Assembly (NCBI GenBank): GCA_963693365.1
Contig: CAVNZM010000004.1
Coordinates: 3,772,047-3,836,046 of the forward strand
Direction of reading: 5' to 3'
Length of the DNA stretch: 64,000 nt
Source of the DNA: Amoebidium appalachense
Lineage: Eukaryota; Protista; Ichthyosporea
Made by a program: the position numbers and the translations under genes. Shown here piece by piece: positions 49,559 through 64,000 of the stretch. Within the stretch, counting starts at the first letter, position 1, and each line of letters opens with the position of its first letter. The notes beneath the pieces are model-generated. The model was not told where the DNA came from. It saw only the letters and a program-made list of their open reading frames with translations, and made no database searches.

Positions 49559-50563
49559 ATGGGAAGTGGCATGTCGACATACGAACAGAACACTACCTAT
49601 GGTTACGGTTGCAAGGCGAAGGTTTCAAAGGAGTGTGGCCACGAGCACATCAAGGTCACATCATGCAAGCGCGGAGGTGCGACATCTGTCGATGAAAATG
49701 GCGACGCCCCAGTTGCCTACATCAAGCTATTCGGTAGAACTGTAGGTGCCCTTCGTGCAGGCGAGGCGTGCGAGTGCTTCACGCGTGAACTAGGCAAGGA
49801 ATTCGAAACCTTTCCCGAAGCCGAAACAGATTCGAAAGTGCACTTTGCCACAAGCCTGCAAGTTGAAGGTGCCACCATTCGTGCCGGCTGCTGCAAGATA
49901 GTGGGCAACAACAACATCATCTACGGCCACATGAACGAAATCACCGGAAATGGGAACACCGTAACCGGGAACATGAACAAGGTGGCGGGCGACCGGAGTG
50001 CCGTTCGTGGAAATATGAACAACGTTGAAGGGAACAACCCCACGGTGAGCGGCAGCATGAACTCGATCAGGGGAAACAATGGCGACGTGCGCGGGAACAT
50101 GAACAGCACTACCGGCCATGGCAACGTCTCAAACGGGCGCATGAGCTCAACAACCACAGGGTTTTTCAGCCAGCCGCCTGTTTCATTCGAGCTGGATCCC
50201 CGTTCTGTCGCAGATACATACACCGCCCCCGTGCATGAGGAGCATCGTGAAATGGCCCCAAGAGTGCCTGAGTACCCCTCATACTATTCTAACGAAAAGG
50301 CAAAAGTGACTCGGGGTGTGGCGTCAAGTGGACGTACACAGGAAGAAGCAGACGGTAGCAACAGCACACGGAATTTTGTTGTCGTAATGCCAGACCCCCC
50401 GCTGACACTGCCGCTGCACCCCCTCCATACGTGTACCCAACGTTTGATGATCGGAATTGATCATATGTTTGTGTATCATACAGTGTACAATATCATAATT
50501 AAAGGCAGGCTGATGAGACTTCACGAGGCCAAATGGCGTGGGATTTTCATGCTGAGCGTTTGA
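49559..50563 (+). CDS. Intronless protein with 11 xxNxVxG heptads (predicted beta-roll) and a possible N-myristoylation signal
   Basis: A long ORF free of simple repeats. The first in-frame ATG at 49559 gives MGSGMS (MGxxxS pattern). The heptads span 49907-50137. The C-terminus after ..YSNEKAK is uncertain. Confidence 0.7.
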   Translation: MGSGMSTYEQNTTYGYGCKAKVSKECGHEHIKVTSCKRGGATSVDENGDAPVAYIKLFGRTVGALRAGEACECFTRELGKEFETFPEAETDSKVHFATSLQVEGATIRAGCCKIVGNNNIIYGHMNEITGNGNTVTGNMNKVAGDRSAVRGNMNNVEGNNPTVSGSMNSIRGNNGDVRGNMNSTTGHGNVSNGRMSSTTTGFFSQPPVSFELDPRSVADTYTAPVHEEHREMAPRVPEYPSYYSNEKAKVTRGVASSGRTQEEADGSNSTRNFVVVMPDPPLTLPLHPLHTCTQRLMIGIDHMFVYHTVYNIIIKGRLMRLHEAKWRGIFMLSV

Positions 50564-51133
50564 AAACTGTGGAATATTGTATACGCAGTTGCTAGCATGC
50601 TCAATGGGGGAGTGTTTGTAGGGTACTGCGGCGACAGTTACGGTTGCCCAAAGTCGGGTGTTAATATGTGCTGCTTGTAGTGTAGAAGCATTATTGCTGA
50701 CCATCCCGAAATCTGCATGTTGCCCGGAATGGCGTAAAAAAGACGCGTGTGCAGTCGCATACAATTGCTAAATGTAGTTGCATTCGAATTCGGCCTGCAC
50801 GAATTCAACGAGATGTTTGAAGCAGGATCGTACGGCCACATGGCACATGTACAGTAGCAAACGGATGGAAACATGTTATTGCCAATATATCGAAAAGACA
50901 TTCATATACGTACAATAAACCTCAACAGCTGACACCTAAACTAATGGTTCAAAGTGCAAAAACAAGGAACAAGGATGCTGACTAATAAACCAGTACCTTT
51001 GACTATATCTCGAATCATTTTTGCAGTCAGAAGAGATTAGAAAAATAAAATATTTGGATCGACAGTGATATCAGAAAAGAGGGAAGAAAAGCTTGTGGTG
51101 GAAAGGAACATCACGTTGTGTGCACATTGTTGC

Positions 51134-51138
<5 letters not shown>

Positions 51139-51223
<85 letters not shown>

Positions 51224-51244
51224 CACGTGTGTGTGTGTGTGTGC

Positions 51245-51315
<71 letters not shown>

Positions 51316-52310
51316 ATGCGCGCACATGCTCATGTGTGTCTGCACGTCTGGGTGTGCACTGTGCACGGTGTGTATTTTCGTCCCTGCAAGGAGCCCGGGG
51401 ACCGGGGAGGGGGGGGGGGGAGGGGGGGGGGCTCGGGGGAGGGGGATGTGTGCGAAGGTATTTGTGTGTGCGCGTGTATGTGTGTGTGCGTGTGTGTGTG
51501 CGTGTGTGCGTGTGTGTATGTGCTTGTGTGTGTGTGTGTGTGCGTGTCTGTGACACTGTATATGTCTGTGTGTCTGTGCATTTGTATGTGTGCGTGCCAC
51601 GGTGTGTGCGTGTTTTCGCTGCCAGGAGCCCTGGGCCGGGGACCGGGGAGGGGGAGGAGGTGTGGGGGGGTGAGCGTGCGTGGGTATGTGTGTGTGTGTT
51701 TCTGTGCGTGCGTGTGTGTGTGCGTGCGGGAGAAGGTGGCGGGGTGTAAAGGGGGAGGGGGGGAGGGGAGGGAGGCTGCAGAAGGGATACGGAATAATAC
51801 TAGTGAGAATGTGTGTGTACATATGTGTACGTACATGTGTTTTCGCGCGCGTGTATGTGTGCCTGTGTTCGTGACTATGTGTGCACATGTGTGCACCTCT
51901 TCGCTCTGGGTGTGTGATACTGTGTGTTTGTATGTGTGCCGGGTAGGTGTTTGTGTGTGTTTGTGTCTGTGTGCGTGTGTGCGCGTGTTGGGGTGCGCGC
52001 TCTCACCAGCGGGTGGGGTTGTAGAGAGAAATGTGTACAAATGTGTTTGGGCACTAGAAAGAGCCAGGATGAGGAGGGCACTGGTCTTACTATGGTGCTC
52101 CCGCACCCGCATGTGTGCCTGTGTGTTTGGGGGGGTTGAGGGGAGGGGGAGGGGGGGGAGGGGGGAGGGGGGATTTTTTTTCAGGGGGGGGGATGTGGTG
52201 GTAGTTGGGGGGTTTGGGGGGAGGGGTTGGGGGGAGGGGGGAGGGGGGATTTTTTTTTCAGGGGGGGGGAATGTGGTGGTAGCTGGAGGGGGGGGGGGGG
52301 GGGGGGGGGG
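51139..52310. repeat. Degenerate (GT)n and poly-G field
   Basis: Seen directly in the sequence. Confidence 0.9.
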
Positions 52311-53147
52311 AAGGAGGGATGGATCGGACAAAGGCCTATGGATTGGGGAAGGGTCACAGTGTGTATGGTGCTAACTCGGGGGGGGGGGGGGGGGGGGGGG
52401 GGGGAAGAGGAGGGGGGGCCGGGGGGGATCCTCGTTGATATTCACCAGACCGTACACATGTATTGGTTAACCCCCTCCACGGAAAGCCTCATTTTCGTTC
52501 ACCCCCTCCCCCCCCCCCCCCCCCCCCTCCCCCCCCCCCCTCCCCACCCACCTACTTAACCCATCCTCCCACCACCACCATCTCATCCACAACGTGCAGG
52601 CTGGAGTATGCTTTGGAGCCTCTCTCCTCTCTAATATTAGATCTCTTCTTGCAAGTTTGCGGCAGTTTGCGCATACCACTGATAAAAAATGATGCGCATG
52701 TAGCCAATCACTGCAAACACAATAAATCTATTCTTGGCCAACCCGGCTGCAGCCGAACTTGGTGTGACCCCGTCACGAGAGCTTGGTAGCGGAACCAGCG
52801 GGACCCACGGAACATGCATGTGAGGAAACTTTGCATACGTAGCATCTCTATTAACGCACATTTTCTTTCAGGAGGTATAGGTGTGCTCTAAAATCTTTAA
52901 GGGGCAAAGCCAGTACCTAGAGGTTTTGGGCAGGTTAATCATATCAAGGTTCTGAATTCTTGTGGTGCGAATTATATAAGGGTATCTGAATTCTTTCCTC
53001 GCTGTGTTCGCCTTTTTCATTTTGAATTTTCTGTTGTGTGTCCATTCATACCAGGCCGCCTCAACTCGAATACACCATACCACAAACCCATTCACCGACG
53101 GCCAGAGCGATGATATAGCGACCAGCACTTTTTTATAATCCTCACCC

Positions 53148-64000
<10,853 letters not shown>

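Noticed and set aside
52540-53147. Short ORFs upstream of or antisense to the convertase start
   Set aside because: They are interrupted by stops with no recognisable motif, and are most likely promoter or UTR sequence.

Overview
Eukaryotic, intron-rich DNA packed with (CA)n/(GT)n, (CT)n/(GA)n and long poly-C/poly-G tracts. Most ORFs in the supplied track are translations of these repeats and are not genes. Three spliced genes were rebuilt by hand from GT-AG junctions: a PP2A B55 regulatory subunit (12 exons, minus strand, 438 aa); a GT-A-fold glycosyltransferase-like gene (4 exons, minus strand, 286 aa); and a furin/PC-type proprotein convertase (plus strand, at least 14 exons, running off the right end). 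An apparently intronless gene encodes 11 xxNxVxG heptads, resembling the grass ice-binding-protein beta-roll. Accessory content: four paralogous F-box/LRR genes, all disrupted, one truncated and one chimeric with an internal duplication; a disrupted coiled-coil/BTB/beta-propeller gene; a two-copy MITE; and a G-tract-flanked interspersed repeat family. Best leads: (1) a U12-type minor-spliceosome intron in the B55 gene; (2) the mosaic F-box/LRR family; (3) the heptad beta-solenoid protein; (4) 3' splice sites preceded by (CA)n or poly-A instead of a polypyrimidine tract. The gene styles fit a non-animal opisthokont such as a unicellular holozoan, but this is inference only. No searches or alignments were run, and single-base indels in homopolymer-rich DNA may be assembly errors.
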